Below, in pieces: positions 18,946 to 27,680 of a DNA stretch of 64,000 nucleotides (the stretch's first letter is position 1; each line of letters begins with the position of its first letter). A model generated the notes under the pieces. That model was not told the origin of the DNA, did no database searches, and saw only the letters and a list, made by a program, of their open reading frames with translations. The stretch is taken from IMG/VR virus record IMGVR_UViG_3300021964_000015. One strand, written 5' to 3'. Made by a program: the position numbers and the translations under genes. This DNA comes from a virus.

Positions 18946-20769
18946 TCAATGGGTTTCAGACCAGTTGGTCCCAACACGAGAATCACCTTCAATGTCGCAC
19001 TGGAATCCAAAGAACTCCTGTGCCTGTGGGAAAGCAAGCATTGCTTGTTCCCTGATTTGTTCTGTGTACTTGGGTGCACATACGAGTTGAATCTCGTCAT
19101 GCACCATTAAAACTTGTTCCCATCCATTGCCGTGCTCAAGACCAAGCACTTGTTTGATATTGTTATGTACATTAATGACAACTTGTTTCATTAAAATTGC
19201 ACCTGCTGATTGCAGGAGCACATTCAATCCCTTGAAAGCTGAGCGACAATAAAGAACGCGACGATCAAGACCAATGAGATAACCCCTGTGTGTAATGTTG
19301 TCATCAATTTTTTCCTTTAATTTTTTAAGAGCTGGTACACCTTGCATAAATGAATTGATTGCAGTTCTTCCTGCTTTACGCAGAACATCTTCATCCTTTT
19401 CATTCGGATCTACAATCGTTCCAGCTTTAAGGTGACCTGCACCATATAGAACAGCGTATAGTAAACGCTTGCTAATGTCCCTGGTAGCCACACCAAATCT
19501 TTCTTGATTATAAACATGAATATCAATATCAGGATTCGTTACAACACGCGCATATTCACCGCCATCATATAAGGCAAGATAACCTGCAAGGCAACGTAAC
19601 TCCAATGCCTTGGCATCAATACCAATCATGTCCCATCCTTGTGGCGCATGAAACAATGAACGACATTCCTTGCCATAAGCTGAATAACCCGCTGGCACCT
19701 GGCCCATGTTTGGGTACCGATGAGCGCAGCGACCAGTGACGCAGCCGTTAGTAACAACGTCACCGTGCATGCGACCGCTGTCATGATTAACCAGCTTGAG
19801 CCAAGCGTTGTTCCCATCAGCGATTTGACCAAGGCGTTTCTTGACGAGCATGTACTCTGCCAGAGGTTTTGCTTCTGGATAGGGGAGCTTTTCTAAAACT
19901 TCATCATCAAGGATTGGATTTCCTTTTTCAGTTGTTTTCTCTGGCTGCCATCCGTACTTTTGCTTAAGTCGATCAACAATCTGTTGACGAGATCCAGGAT
20001 TGAATTGTTCAGTTCGGATCTTTTCAAAAGGAACTCCTTTTACATAACCACGATTCTTGTTGTTTACCCTGGGGGTAAACCAAGTGTGGTGTTGAATAGG
20101 TGGAAATACCTCCTTTAATTCTGCTTCAAGTTTGCTTTGTTTTGTTCTGAGATCATCCACCAAATCAAGACATGCATCCACATCAAATGGAACACCTGCT
20201 CTAATTTGTTTATTAATTGCGAGCGCAAAATCATGTTCAACTTTAAGCGCAGATGGTGGATAGGATTGCTTGGCGATATGATCCCAAAGTTTTGTAGTAA
20301 CAGCAACGTCTTGTTTGCAGTATGCAAGCATTTCGCTGGAGTATTCAGAGAAATCTTTGAATTCGATTTTATGATCGGCCAATCGCCATCCCCATGTCTT
20401 AAGCGATGCGGATCCACGTAAGTTCGGTGGAACTTCCGGATATTGTTCAAGGTCAAGCTCGTAGAGTTTTTCCTTGGGCCAGATGAGTCGTGTGCAGATG
20501 AGTGTGTCAATGATCTCTGAAGTAGTGGTGAATGAGTAAAGTTTGTTTAGTACTGGGATGTCATAGAAGATGATGTTGTGACCAATCAAAACATCAGCGG
20601 TTGCCAGATGAGCAATAGCATCAGCAATGCAATCAGGCCCATAAGAAAAAGTTTGGTTGGATCCAATATCATGGATGACAATGCAATGTACTTTAGTTAC
20701 TTTGTCATAAAGTCCATCGCTTTCCAAATCAAAGACAAGATACTTTTCATTTGCGGAAGCGGGACTCAT
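18946..20769 (-). CDS. polA: family A (T7-like) DNA polymerase with 3'-5' exonuclease
   Basis: ExoI 'FDLESDG', motif A 'DAKALELR', motif B 'KRLLYAVLYG', motif C 'VHDEIQ'; start could be further upstream (ORF to 20841). Confidence 0.95.
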   Translation of the reverse strand: MSPASANEKYLVFDLESDGLYDKVTKVHCIVIHDIGSNQTFSYGPDCIADAIAHLATADVLIGHNIIFYDIPVLNKLYSFTTTSEIIDTLICTRLIWPKEKLYELDLEQYPEVPPNLRGSASLKTWGWRLADHKIEFKDFSEYSSEMLAYCKQDVAVTTKLWDHIAKQSYPPSALKVEHDFALAINKQIRAGVPFDVDACLDLVDDLRTKQSKLEAELKEVFPPIQHHTWFTPRVNNKNRGYVKGVPFEKIRTEQFNPGSRQQIVDRLKQKYGWQPEKTTEKGNPILDDEVLEKLPYPEAKPLAEYMLVKKRLGQIADGNNAWLKLVNHDSGRMHGDVVTNGCVTGRCAHRYPNMGQVPAGYSAYGKECRSLFHAPQGWDMIGIDAKALELRCLAGYLALYDGGEYARVVTNPDIDIHVYNQERFGVATRDISKRLLYAVLYGAGHLKAGTIVDPNEKDEDVLRKAGRTAINSFMQGVPALKKLKEKIDDNITHRGYLIGLDRRVLYCRSAFKGLNVLLQSAGAILMKQVVINVHNNIKQVLGLEHGNGWEQVLMVHDEIQLVCAPKYTEQIREQAMLAFPQAQEFFGFQCDIEGDSRVGTNWSETH

Positions 20770-20980
20770 CTTGAATTGAGAGTTCTTTACTTGCAAGTTC
20801 ACTGTCATTGTTGTTAATCCAGGACAAGATTTGTTGCGCACCTGCGCGATAAGGATGCGAGAAAATCCTGTTCAATGCCACGTCAGATTCTAGTGGAATT
20901 AAATCAAATCGATTCGTTTCACTATTGGCAGTAATGGCATGTGGTGCATCATTCAGCCAACAAGCAATGACGTAACTCAT
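20747..20980 (-). CDS. hypothetical protein
   Basis: ORF, operon context. Confidence 0.55.
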   Translation of the reverse strand: MSYVIACWLNDAPHAITANSETNRFDLIPLESDVALNRIFSHPYRAGAQQILSWINNNDSELASKELSIQDESRFRK

Positions 20981-21042
20981 AAATCAGATGGAAGACGGTT
21001 GCATACTACCGAATTCCATCTGATGTGCAAGTAAATCAGGCG

Positions 21043-21813
21043 TTATTTCATTTTGTTCTTGTTGTAACCAACAAACTTACCCGCCTTCTTGCGTGCACTG
21101 ATCGCTTTGCTTGCGTCAGAGCCAGCCCTCTGGGAGCCATGGACAAGCAATGCAAAGGGCTTATCACCCAGGCAATGGCTGTCATCATGGTCAATCTCAA
21201 GGCCAAGCTCAGCTGCTTGTTCTTCTGTGTAGACAACGTATGAGATACGTTGGAATACATCCTTATGGTTAGGGATGAGGTAATCAAGTGTCCCACCATG
21301 AGATGCAGTGAGCTTCATGTTGTCAGGAATCTCATCCTGCAAGTTGAGCCACATACCAAGTGACTTGGTGTAAGCATAGAACGTTTGGTATGGGCGCATC
21401 ATGGCAACCATTGCCCAAGCACGCATGTAGTTCTCTGTCCAGAAATCACCTGACTCATGGATGCGTACCAATTTTTTAGGTGCACACATGGTTAGTGATT
21501 CGTCAATGAGATCACGCAATGCATAGGCTTGTGCATCACCAGATTGATTGGCAATACATTCACGGATCAGATTCCAGTTATGCCAACGCAGGTTGCGTAC
21601 GTTGGGATACTTCTCTGATAATGCAGCAAAGCAACGAAACTCATACGCTGCTTCAACACCTGTGTACTGGGGCAGGTCACGAATCTTACCAGTATTTGGA
21701 TCAGCAAATGTTTTGCAGACACCAGCGTGAGGACAGGTGTAACCAGCAGGCAGAGAAAAGATAAGGCGATCGGTCAGCTTGCTGTTGCCGTTGGAGAACT
21801 TGAGAAATTGCAT
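21043..21813 (-). CDS. Gp88-like phage protein
   Basis: 'GNSKL...FSLPAGYTCP...CFA...RIHESGDF...FYAYTKS'. Confidence 0.65.
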   Translation of the reverse strand: MQFLKFSNGNSKLTDRLIFSLPAGYTCPHAGVCKTFADPNTGKIRDLPQYTGVEAAYEFRCFAALSEKYPNVRNLRWHNWNLIRECIANQSGDAQAYALRDLIDESLTMCAPKKLVRIHESGDFWTENYMRAWAMVAMMRPYQTFYAYTKSLGMWLNLQDEIPDNMKLTASHGGTLDYLIPNHKDVFQRISYVVYTEEQAAELGLEIDHDDSHCLGDKPFALLVHGSQRAGSDASKAISARKKAGKFVGYNKNKMK

Positions 21814-21835
21814 GGTTGAAATTGAGTTGGAATAC

Positions 21836-21862
21836 GGATGAGTTTAACGTCATCCCAGGACG
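21836..21862 (-). repeat. motif A copy 4
   Basis: Identical 27-mer to 18024-18050. Confidence 0.8.
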
Positions 21863-22358
21863 TAACGAGTAGAATGTAACAGGACCGAAGAAGAGCTACG
21901 TCAGGTCCAGAGGGAACCGAAGTTTTTGTAGCTTCCTTCGGTTAGTAAACGAATGGCTCTGCGACGTGATTACCGTGGAGCCACACCCTCTATCCATAAG
22001 ATTTACTTATGTAGAAGTTTGTGTTACAGCACGAACAGCTTCATATACATCAATGATCATATACTTTCAGTATCAATAGATACCAAATCAAATGACATTG
22101 ACATACAGGGGCTGCTCTTACAACAAAGATCAACAAGTACAACAAGATAAAGCCTGGTGGAACCTAGCCCACCGTCCATGGCTCTGCTTGAAGTACCGTA
22201 ACGCTTGCTACTTTCCTTTTGTAACCGGAGGTCAGATCAAGTGAACCAGGCATTCATCATTTACTTGGTAAACAAAAAGAAAAAGATGACACGCTCAGAT
22301 GTTGAGTCCAAGCGTGCCATGAAAGAACTGAAGAAAGAATCAGTATCTACTTTTTAAT

Positions 22359-23024
22359 TCATCCATTAAGCCCTTGATCAACAAGGGCTTTTTCATTGAA
22401 TGCTGCTTCACTAATCAAAGGGAATTCTTTAGTGAATACTTTCTTTGCTTCACGTGCAAGCTGAGCATGCTCCATCTGCGTACCATTGGAGCAACGTAGA
22501 TCAATGTAATGTATCCACGATCTAAGTGTTCCATTCATAAACAAACGTGTTTGAGTTGATAAGGGTAAGATTGAACGTGCACATTCCTTTGCAACACCAT
22601 TGCTAATCATCTCGTTATAGAGATGTTCGCTTTCTTCGTACAGCTGACTGATCCTCCTGTAGTAGGAGCCAACAAGTTCAACTGGTAAATCATCAATACT
22701 ATTTTGACGATTCTTGTGATCCTGTCTACGTAGGTGTGGGATTACTGCAGAGCCAAGCTGATTGGTATCAGCATAACGCTGACTGAATTCTTGGAAGGAG
22801 AAGGATCGATGACGTAAGATCTGAGCTGAGATAGCACGTGTTGTGTTGATTTCAACACATAAGTTAGCCATTTCAAATGGTGACCAGTGTTTGTGGTTGA
22901 TCAAGTAACGGATCAACCTTGGTGCAGTGTCCATGTTGTTCTCGTTTTTTGGTGCAGAGACACGTGCCATCTTGACAATCATCTCTTCTGCGTTTGGCGT
23001 TGACCAAACAAGGTTTACATTCAT
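22359..23024 (-). CDS. thyX: flavin-dependent thymidylate synthase
   Basis: ThyX motif 'RHRSFSFQEFSQRY', 'HWSPFE', 'AKECARSILP'. Confidence 0.95.
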   Translation of the reverse strand: MNVNLVWSTPNAEEMIVKMARVSAPKNENNMDTAPRLIRYLINHKHWSPFEMANLCVEINTTRAISAQILRHRSFSFQEFSQRYADTNQLGSAVIPHLRRQDHKNRQNSIDDLPVELVGSYYRRISQLYEESEHLYNEMISNGVAKECARSILPLSTQTRLFMNGTLRSWIHYIDLRCSNGTQMEHAQLAREAKKVFTKEFPLISEAAFNEKALVDQGLNG

Positions 23025-23030
23025 GTTCTT

Positions 23031-23333
23031 TTATTCAACAGAGCAACCATAGCCAGTTGCAGTCAACTGTTCAATAGCATCTGCAGGACAGATACGCATT
23101 TGTGCATGTTGCATTGGTGTTTTGAGATGATCCCATTGAATGATTAGGTACTTTTGCTTACGTCCATTCTTGTTTGGTTTGTTAACCATACCAATTACTG
23201 TGCCATATCTTTGGAAGATATTCTTCTTAATCCAATCCTTTGTTTCTTTCTTTACACCAAACATTGCGCGTTGCTTGGGGCGTTCAGCAACACGATCACC
23301 AATCTTGTAGATGTACTGGGAGTTGCTTGTCAT
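23031..23333 (-). CDS. hypothetical protein
   Basis: ORF, operon context. Confidence 0.55.
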   Translation of the reverse strand: MTSNSQYIYKIGDRVAERPKQRAMFGVKKETKDWIKKNIFQRYGTVIGMVNKPNKNGRKQKYLIIQWDHLKTPMQHAQMRICPADAIEQLTATGYGCSVE

Positions 23334-23647
23334 TGGATGATACTGCGACGTTGTTTGTTAATGATTTTGCGAATGGAACCAGAGTTGCGTTTGTACTTCA
23401 AAGCGATTTGGCCACTGCTCAAACCAAGTGCATGCAACTCTCGTATCCCTTTGATCTCTTCTTCTGTGAAGGGTTGACCAGGAGTTTTGGGTGGTAGTTC
23501 ATGAACTTCAAGTGTGCGAAAGCGTGCATCGCAATCAAAACATTTGCAATACCTTTTGATAAGGTAAGGATTGATGTGATCAGTTGAAACAACCTTTGTG
23601 TTTTGACCATCACATTTGATGCATGGTCGTTTAAGTTTGTAAGGCAT
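23330..23647 (-). CDS. NrdR-like Zn ribbon fused to HTH
   Basis: 'CIKC...TKVVST...RYCKCFDCDARFRTLE' then 'GLSSGQIALKYKRNSGSIRKII'. Confidence 0.6.
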   Translation of the reverse strand: MPYKLKRPCIKCDGQNTKVVSTDHINPYLIKRYCKCFDCDARFRTLEVHELPPKTPGQPFTEEEIKGIRELHALGLSSGQIALKYKRNSGSIRKIINKQRRSIIQ

Positions 23648-23967
23648 TAGAGAAGGCGGTTTGCAATCAGTACAAGAACTTGTTGTTGACCAAGGATCTG
23701 GAATGAATCTTCCAGTAGTTCCTTCCTCTTATCAGGAAGTTCATAGCAATCAAACATGATGTCTTGAAGAAGATCAAAGTCATCTGCTTTGCCAGTAATC
23801 TTTTCAATTACCAGGCCAGGCATTGCATCAATGATGCCTTCAATTAATACTTCTTTGATTGCAATCCATGCATCAGCTGGTGCTTCATCCAGGATTGTTT
23901 CAATAACTTGTTCATTTGCTAAGTTGTTTACATCTTGTTGGATAGTGGATTGATCTGATTCAGACAT
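23647..23967 (-). CDS. hypothetical protein
   Basis: ATG at 23967. Confidence 0.55.
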   Translation of the reverse strand: MSESDQSTIQQDVNNLANEQVIETILDEAPADAWIAIKEVLIEGIIDAMPGLVIEKITGKADDFDLLQDIMFDCYELPDKRKELLEDSFQILGQQQVLVLIANRLL

Positions 23968-23993
23968 GAAAGAAACCCCCGCAAAAGCGGGGG
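23968..23993 (-). terminator. putative Rho-independent terminator
   Basis: cccccgc-tttt-gcggggg followed by tttctttc on minus strand. Confidence 0.55.
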
Positions 23994-24015
23994 ATAACAA
24001 ATGTGCAGGAGAAGT

Positions 24016-24378
24016 TTAAGCGCTTTGTGCTTGGGTGTCGATGATATTGTCACCAAGACCAGCATCACGTAACTTTTCCAGCATGGATACCATGATGGTT
24101 GCTTGCGCCTGAGTGCGATCTAGGAACTCGCTAGCACGCTCTGGAGAGATCGTATGGACCGAACCATTAGGTTCTACGTAGCGCCAGCTTCCATCGGGTT
24201 GTGGGTCCCCCTGGAGGGCAAGACGTTCGGAGTTATGGACATACCTGAACTCAACGTTGTGGTAGTCCTTAAGACCATCTTGTCCTGTCCATGTGGCACC
24301 AAGGTTGTACCGTGCATCCTGATCAGCGAATGCATGGAACTCAGGAACGAGATGCTTGAAAGCAGCGAAGATAGACAT
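24016..24378 (-). CDS. hypothetical protein
   Basis: ORF preceded by motif B and C/A-rich leader. Confidence 0.65.
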   Translation of the reverse strand: MSIFAAFKHLVPEFHAFADQDARYNLGATWTGQDGLKDYHNVEFRYVHNSERLALQGDPQPDGSWRYVEPNGSVHTISPERASEFLDRTQAQATIMVSMLEKLRDAGLGDNIIDTQAQSA

Positions 24379-24403
24379 GATTGAAGTTGGAGTTGGGTTG
24401 GTA

Positions 24404-24433
24404 GCTGGGACTTACACCTTAAGGATGCCCAGC
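24404..24433 (-). repeat. motif B copy 1 (stem/internal-loop RNA)
   Basis: gctggg-cat-cc-ttaa-gg-tgtaagt-cccagc. Confidence 0.8.
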
Positions 24434-24434
24434 A

Positions 24435-24941
24435 TTAAGTTACATATTGTGAATTCAAAATGTAATGCAAAGTCCCCTTTGAGCTTATCTTAAACTTTTC
24501 CATCAAAGCTTTATAGCCCAGCCCTTGTAAATGATCATCTTTAATTTGCTTAACTTGTTCATTGCTAAATTTTCTTATAGAACTAGATGCTTTTATTGCA
24601 TGCTGCAATCTGTCTTTAGAAGGCCGATCAAGCATATTGTCTTTGTTTGTTCCAATACAAATGTTTTCAAAAGAGTTATCCTTTTGATTGCCGTTTAAAT
24701 GTCTAACAACTATACCGGGTTCAAACAACTTATCTTGGTATTTTTCATAAGCAACTAAACGATGCAAAAATACTTTGATTGATTTGCGTTGTATTCTTAT
24801 ATTGAAATAAAAATAACCTGCTCTAGAAGATAATAATTTTAAAGGTTGCTTTTTGTGTAAACCTAGTACACAATTATCTCTTACTCGATAACCTTTTTCA
24901 TAAGCAAGAGTTAAAGCTGTTTGTGATTCGTTCATTTGCAA
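24435..24941 (-). CDS. free-standing HNH homing endonuclease with C-terminal HTH
   Basis: 'LHRLVA...VRHLNGNQKDNSFENICIGTNKDN'; AT-richer than neighbours; next to tRNA. Confidence 0.85.
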   Translation of the reverse strand: MQMNESQTALTLAYEKGYRVRDNCVLGLHKKQPLKLLSSRAGYFYFNIRIQRKSIKVFLHRLVAYEKYQDKLFEPGIVVRHLNGNQKDNSFENICIGTNKDNMLDRPSKDRLQHAIKASSSIRKFSNEQVKQIKDDHLQGLGYKALMEKFKISSKGTLHYILNSQYVT

Positions 24942-24951
24942 AATTAAAAAT

Positions 24952-25038
24952 TGGTGCAGACGGCGGGAGTCGAACCCGCAAGGGCAAAAGCCCGACGCAT
25001 TTTAAGTGCGTTACGTAGACCTATTCCGTCACGTCTGC
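24952..25038 (-). tRNA. trnL: tRNA-Leu(UAA), intron-less, encoded CCA
   Basis: Acceptor GCAGACG/CGTCTGC-ACCA, anticodon arm ACGCA-CTTAAAA-TGCGT, long variable arm, GGTTCGACTCC T arm. Confidence 0.95.
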
Positions 25039-25245
25039 ATCACTTGGGCTTACGTCCACATCAATTGATGTGGACTGCCAAGTGTGATCTTGGGGTAATG
25101 GTTCAGTACCATATTCCCAAGTATCGTAATCTTCCTCGTTACGTGGATCATCCTCAATCAAAATGTATTGAGGTGAATTGTCATCAATGTACTCACCAAG
25201 ATTAGCTAGTGCCATAGCAAGTAGCTGAGCATCAGTGTGTTCCAT
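25021..25245 (-). CDS. acidic hypothetical protein overlapping tRNA 5' end
   Basis: 74-aa ORF; stop lies inside tRNA D arm. Confidence 0.5.
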   Translation of the reverse strand: MEHTDAQLLAMALANLGEYIDDNSPQYILIEDDPRNEEDYDTWEYGTEPLPQDHTWQSTSIDVDVSPSDADVTE

Positions 25246-25335
25246 AGTTGATAAGGGCGCCCTTTAACGAGGATAGGACGCCCCAGCTGAAGATCAGCTA
25301 ACAGATACTAGCGGATCCAGAAAGGATGTCAAATG

Positions 25336-25578
25336 CTAGTAAGCATCGACAAGTTGCCATTGAGGATCGAGCTGATCAAGATAGCTGCAGAAGCTGTCTT
25401 CATCAAGAGGGATGGGATCCCCTGGATCAATTGCGATAGTAACTTCGCACAATGCTGGAGCCCACTCCTCAGGTTCGAAGTGAGTTGCGCGATAGAGGAG
25501 GCGCATCTCATCAACAATTGCTGTAACTTTGACATGGGTGTCAGATACGATTGTTTCTTCAATTGAAAGTACAGTCAT
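25336..25578 (-). CDS. hypothetical protein
   Basis: ORF coupled to upstream stop. Confidence 0.6.
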   Translation of the reverse strand: MTVLSIEETIVSDTHVKVTAIVDEMRLLYRATHFEPEEWAPALCEVTIAIDPGDPIPLDEDSFCSYLDQLDPQWQLVDAY

Positions 25579-25745
25579 CAGTCACACTCCACGAATTGAC
25601 AATTGGGTGAGATGTAGCAACGATACCTAGTCCAGGCACGAGCAGTTTCCCACTCACCCTGGAAGGTATCTTCTCTAACGATTGCTTTCTCTGCGCGTTT
25701 AACAGCGCAGGAAGCAAGATTGATACGATCAAACAGATTAAGCAT
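25578..25745 (-). CDS. 55-aa hypothetical protein (not in ORF track)
   Basis: MLNLFDRINLASCAVKRAEK...; preceded by motif B; TGATG overlap with next gene. Confidence 0.6.
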   Translation of the reverse strand: MLNLFDRINLASCAVKRAEKAIVREDTFQGEWETARAWTRYRCYISPNCQFVECD

Positions 25746-25771
25746 GATTGAAGTTGCAGTTGGGTTGAAAG

Positions 25772-25798
25772 CTGGGACTTACACCAAAGGATGCCCAG
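25772..25798 (-). repeat. motif B copy 2
   Basis: ctggg-cat-cc-ttt-gg-tgtaagt-cccag. Confidence 0.8.
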
Positions 25799-25823
25799 TG
25801 CTTTAGATTCTCTTAATGTTTGG

Positions 25824-26024
25824 TTAGAACAACTTGATGTTCCGTTTGCTCAGGCCTGTGCCAGGAATACTAATTGATCCACGGACACCTGAGCCACGAG
25901 CATTAATAGTTAGTTGTAAAGGACCAAGCTTGATTGATTTGGAATACGATTGAACACCATGTTCTGTAACATTGAATCCAGCAATGGTCCTATCAAAGTT
26001 GATAGAGGATTTAGGTTTAGTCAT
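25824..26024 (-). CDS. DUF4236-like small protein
   Basis: 'KSIKLGPLQLTIN...SIPGTGLS'. Confidence 0.5.
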   Translation of the reverse strand: MTKPKSSINFDRTIAGFNVTEHGVQSYSKSIKLGPLQLTINARGSGVRGSISIPGTGLSKRNIKLF

Positions 26025-26130
26025 GATTAAAGATTAGTTGAAGGTTGATTAAAGGTTAATTAAAGTAATTAACTAATACTAATAAAAGATTCCCCCCTGG
26101 TTCTCTTCCAGGGGGGTTTGGGGGGAAAGC

Positions 26131-26466
26131 TTACGACCAGGCGATACGCTTTTCCTCGACTGCTTTCTTATACATCTCATCCATTGTCATAGGTGGTTCA
26201 CTACCGTAACCAAGATCTGCATCACTTGGTTCGTAGTCCAGTTCATTCTCTAGCATTGGAATGATCTCATCATCAATCATTGCATACATACTTGGCGTGA
26301 GATATTGATCCATCTCATGCCTCTTGGATTCACGTGCAATGACATCTTTCAATAATGTCAAAGCTTGTTGAACGTAGTAGTACTCGTTCTTGACCCAGTT
26401 CACTTTAAGAACTGCGTCAGAGGGAACACCAGTGGGAGGCACTTCAGGAAAGCTTTGGTTGGTCAT
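26131..26466 (-). CDS. hypothetical protein
   Basis: ORF preceded by motif B. Confidence 0.6.
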   Translation of the reverse strand: MTNQSFPEVPPTGVPSDAVLKVNWVKNEYYYVQQALTLLKDVIARESKRHEMDQYLTPSMYAMIDDEIIPMLENELDYEPSDADLGYGSEPPMTMDEMYKKAVEEKRIAWS

Positions 26467-26494
26467 GAGCTGTGTTGTGAAAGGTGTACGGTTG

Positions 26495-26547
26495 GTATGG
26501 GACTTATACCACAGATGAGAATAGTTCTCAATAGTGGATGCCCATGC
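26495..26547 (-). repeat. motif B copy 3 with palindromic insert
   Basis: gcatggg-cat-ccac...gtgg-tataagt-cccatac. Confidence 0.8.
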
Positions 26548-26549
26548 AT

Positions 26550-26777
26550 TTACTCAGGCTTCTTTAAGATCCACCTGGTGTAATGCTCAGCAGTGCGATC
26601 GACTGCTACCAGTTTATGCTCCTCCAGTCGTTGGATAGCAATCATGTAATACTTCAACCTACTTGGGTTTGGAAGCATCGGGACATAACATGGTTCGTCA
26701 GGACGTTTCTTCATGTGATTTAAGTAATACATGTAGAGATTACGTTGATTGACAGTTAATCCAATTGGAGGTTGCAT
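26550..26777 (-). CDS. winged-helix-like hypothetical protein
   Basis: 'LTVNQRNLYMYY...IQRLEEHKLV'. Confidence 0.5.
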   Translation of the reverse strand: MQPPIGLTVNQRNLYMYYLNHMKKRPDEPCYVPMLPNPSRLKYYMIAIQRLEEHKLVAVDRTAEHYTRWILKKPE

Positions 26778-26793
26778 AAGTTCAGTTGATTAG

Positions 26794-27165
26794 TTAGATG
26801 AGTCCGAGCAACGATAGCCAGCTGTCTGGATGATCGGGTTCAACCTCATCATCACCTGGAGTAAAGCATACGCTATCCATTGTCCATTCCTCTATGTCTT
26901 CGTTGCACGGGATGTCGTACCATCCTTGGAGCGCATCCTTGTCTTCTTGCGAGTAGTTGCCTCCGGTTGGTTTCCAGTAGAGGCTAAGGGTTCCTTTGGT
27001 GCGGTACACTGATCCATTCTTGGGGTAGGTGTCAAGCTTTCCGAGGACAACTCCTTTGGGATCGAAGTTGATTTCAGCTTGGTACTGCTCAAGGCATTCG
27101 TCGCCTTCGAATGGTTCGTAACCAGTGATTGCTTTGGCGACTGCTTGGGTTTCTGGATGAAGCAT
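26794..27165 (-). CDS. hypothetical protein
   Basis: Ends 'VEPDHPDSWLSLLGLI'. Confidence 0.6.
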   Translation of the reverse strand: MLHPETQAVAKAITGYEPFEGDECLEQYQAEINFDPKGVVLGKLDTYPKNGSVYRTKGTLSLYWKPTGGNYSQEDKDALQGWYDIPCNEDIEEWTMDSVCFTPGDDEVEPDHPDSWLSLLGLI

Positions 27166-27256
27166 GACAGTAGTTCCGTAATGATGAGTGAAGTGATTGC
27201 AATAAAAAGGATGACGATATCACCGTCATCCCAGCATTGTTTCCAAGATGATTGAT

Positions 27257-27532
27257 TCATTTGGTCTTCTCCCAATCTTCGCAACGCTTGGTGTAGTAGA
27301 TGTCAAAGTTTGGGTGAAGCTTACGACAGATATCTTCTGCTTGTAATGCAGTATCTGCCATGTAACCCAATGCATCATTCCTCATCTGGAGTGTGTCATA
27401 ACCGACACATACCCAATGGATTTCAGTAAGCTCTGCTTCACGCATTGCTTCTTCTAGTTCGAATGCATAATCTGCCATGGTATCCATGAGATCAGCATTG
27501 CGTTGTGCATCGATGAAGGTAGGGTCCTGCAT
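27257..27532 (-). CDS. hypothetical protein
   Basis: ORF preceded by motif B. Confidence 0.6.
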   Translation of the reverse strand: MQDPTFIDAQRNADLMDTMADYAFELEEAMREAELTEIHWVCVGYDTLQMRNDALGYMADTALQAEDICRKLHPNFDIYYTKRCEDWEKTK

Positions 27533-27560
27533 GGTTTGAATTGAGGTAGGGTTTGGGAAG

Positions 27561-27613
27561 CACTAGGACTTACACCACAGATGAGAATAGTTCTCAATAG
27601 TGGATGCCTAGTG
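27561..27613 (-). repeat. motif B copy 4 with palindromic insert
   Basis: cactagg-cat-ccac...gtgg-tgtaagt-cctagtg (compensatory outer stem). Confidence 0.8.
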
Positions 27614-27680
27614 TTTGCTGAAGCATTGGCATGTATTGGCAAATCTTACGTGCCAACCAATACTTCAGATATAACAGGGT

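Noticed and set aside
24951-25205. Plus-strand 84-aa ORF
   Set aside because: Antisense reading of the tRNA and neighbouring gene
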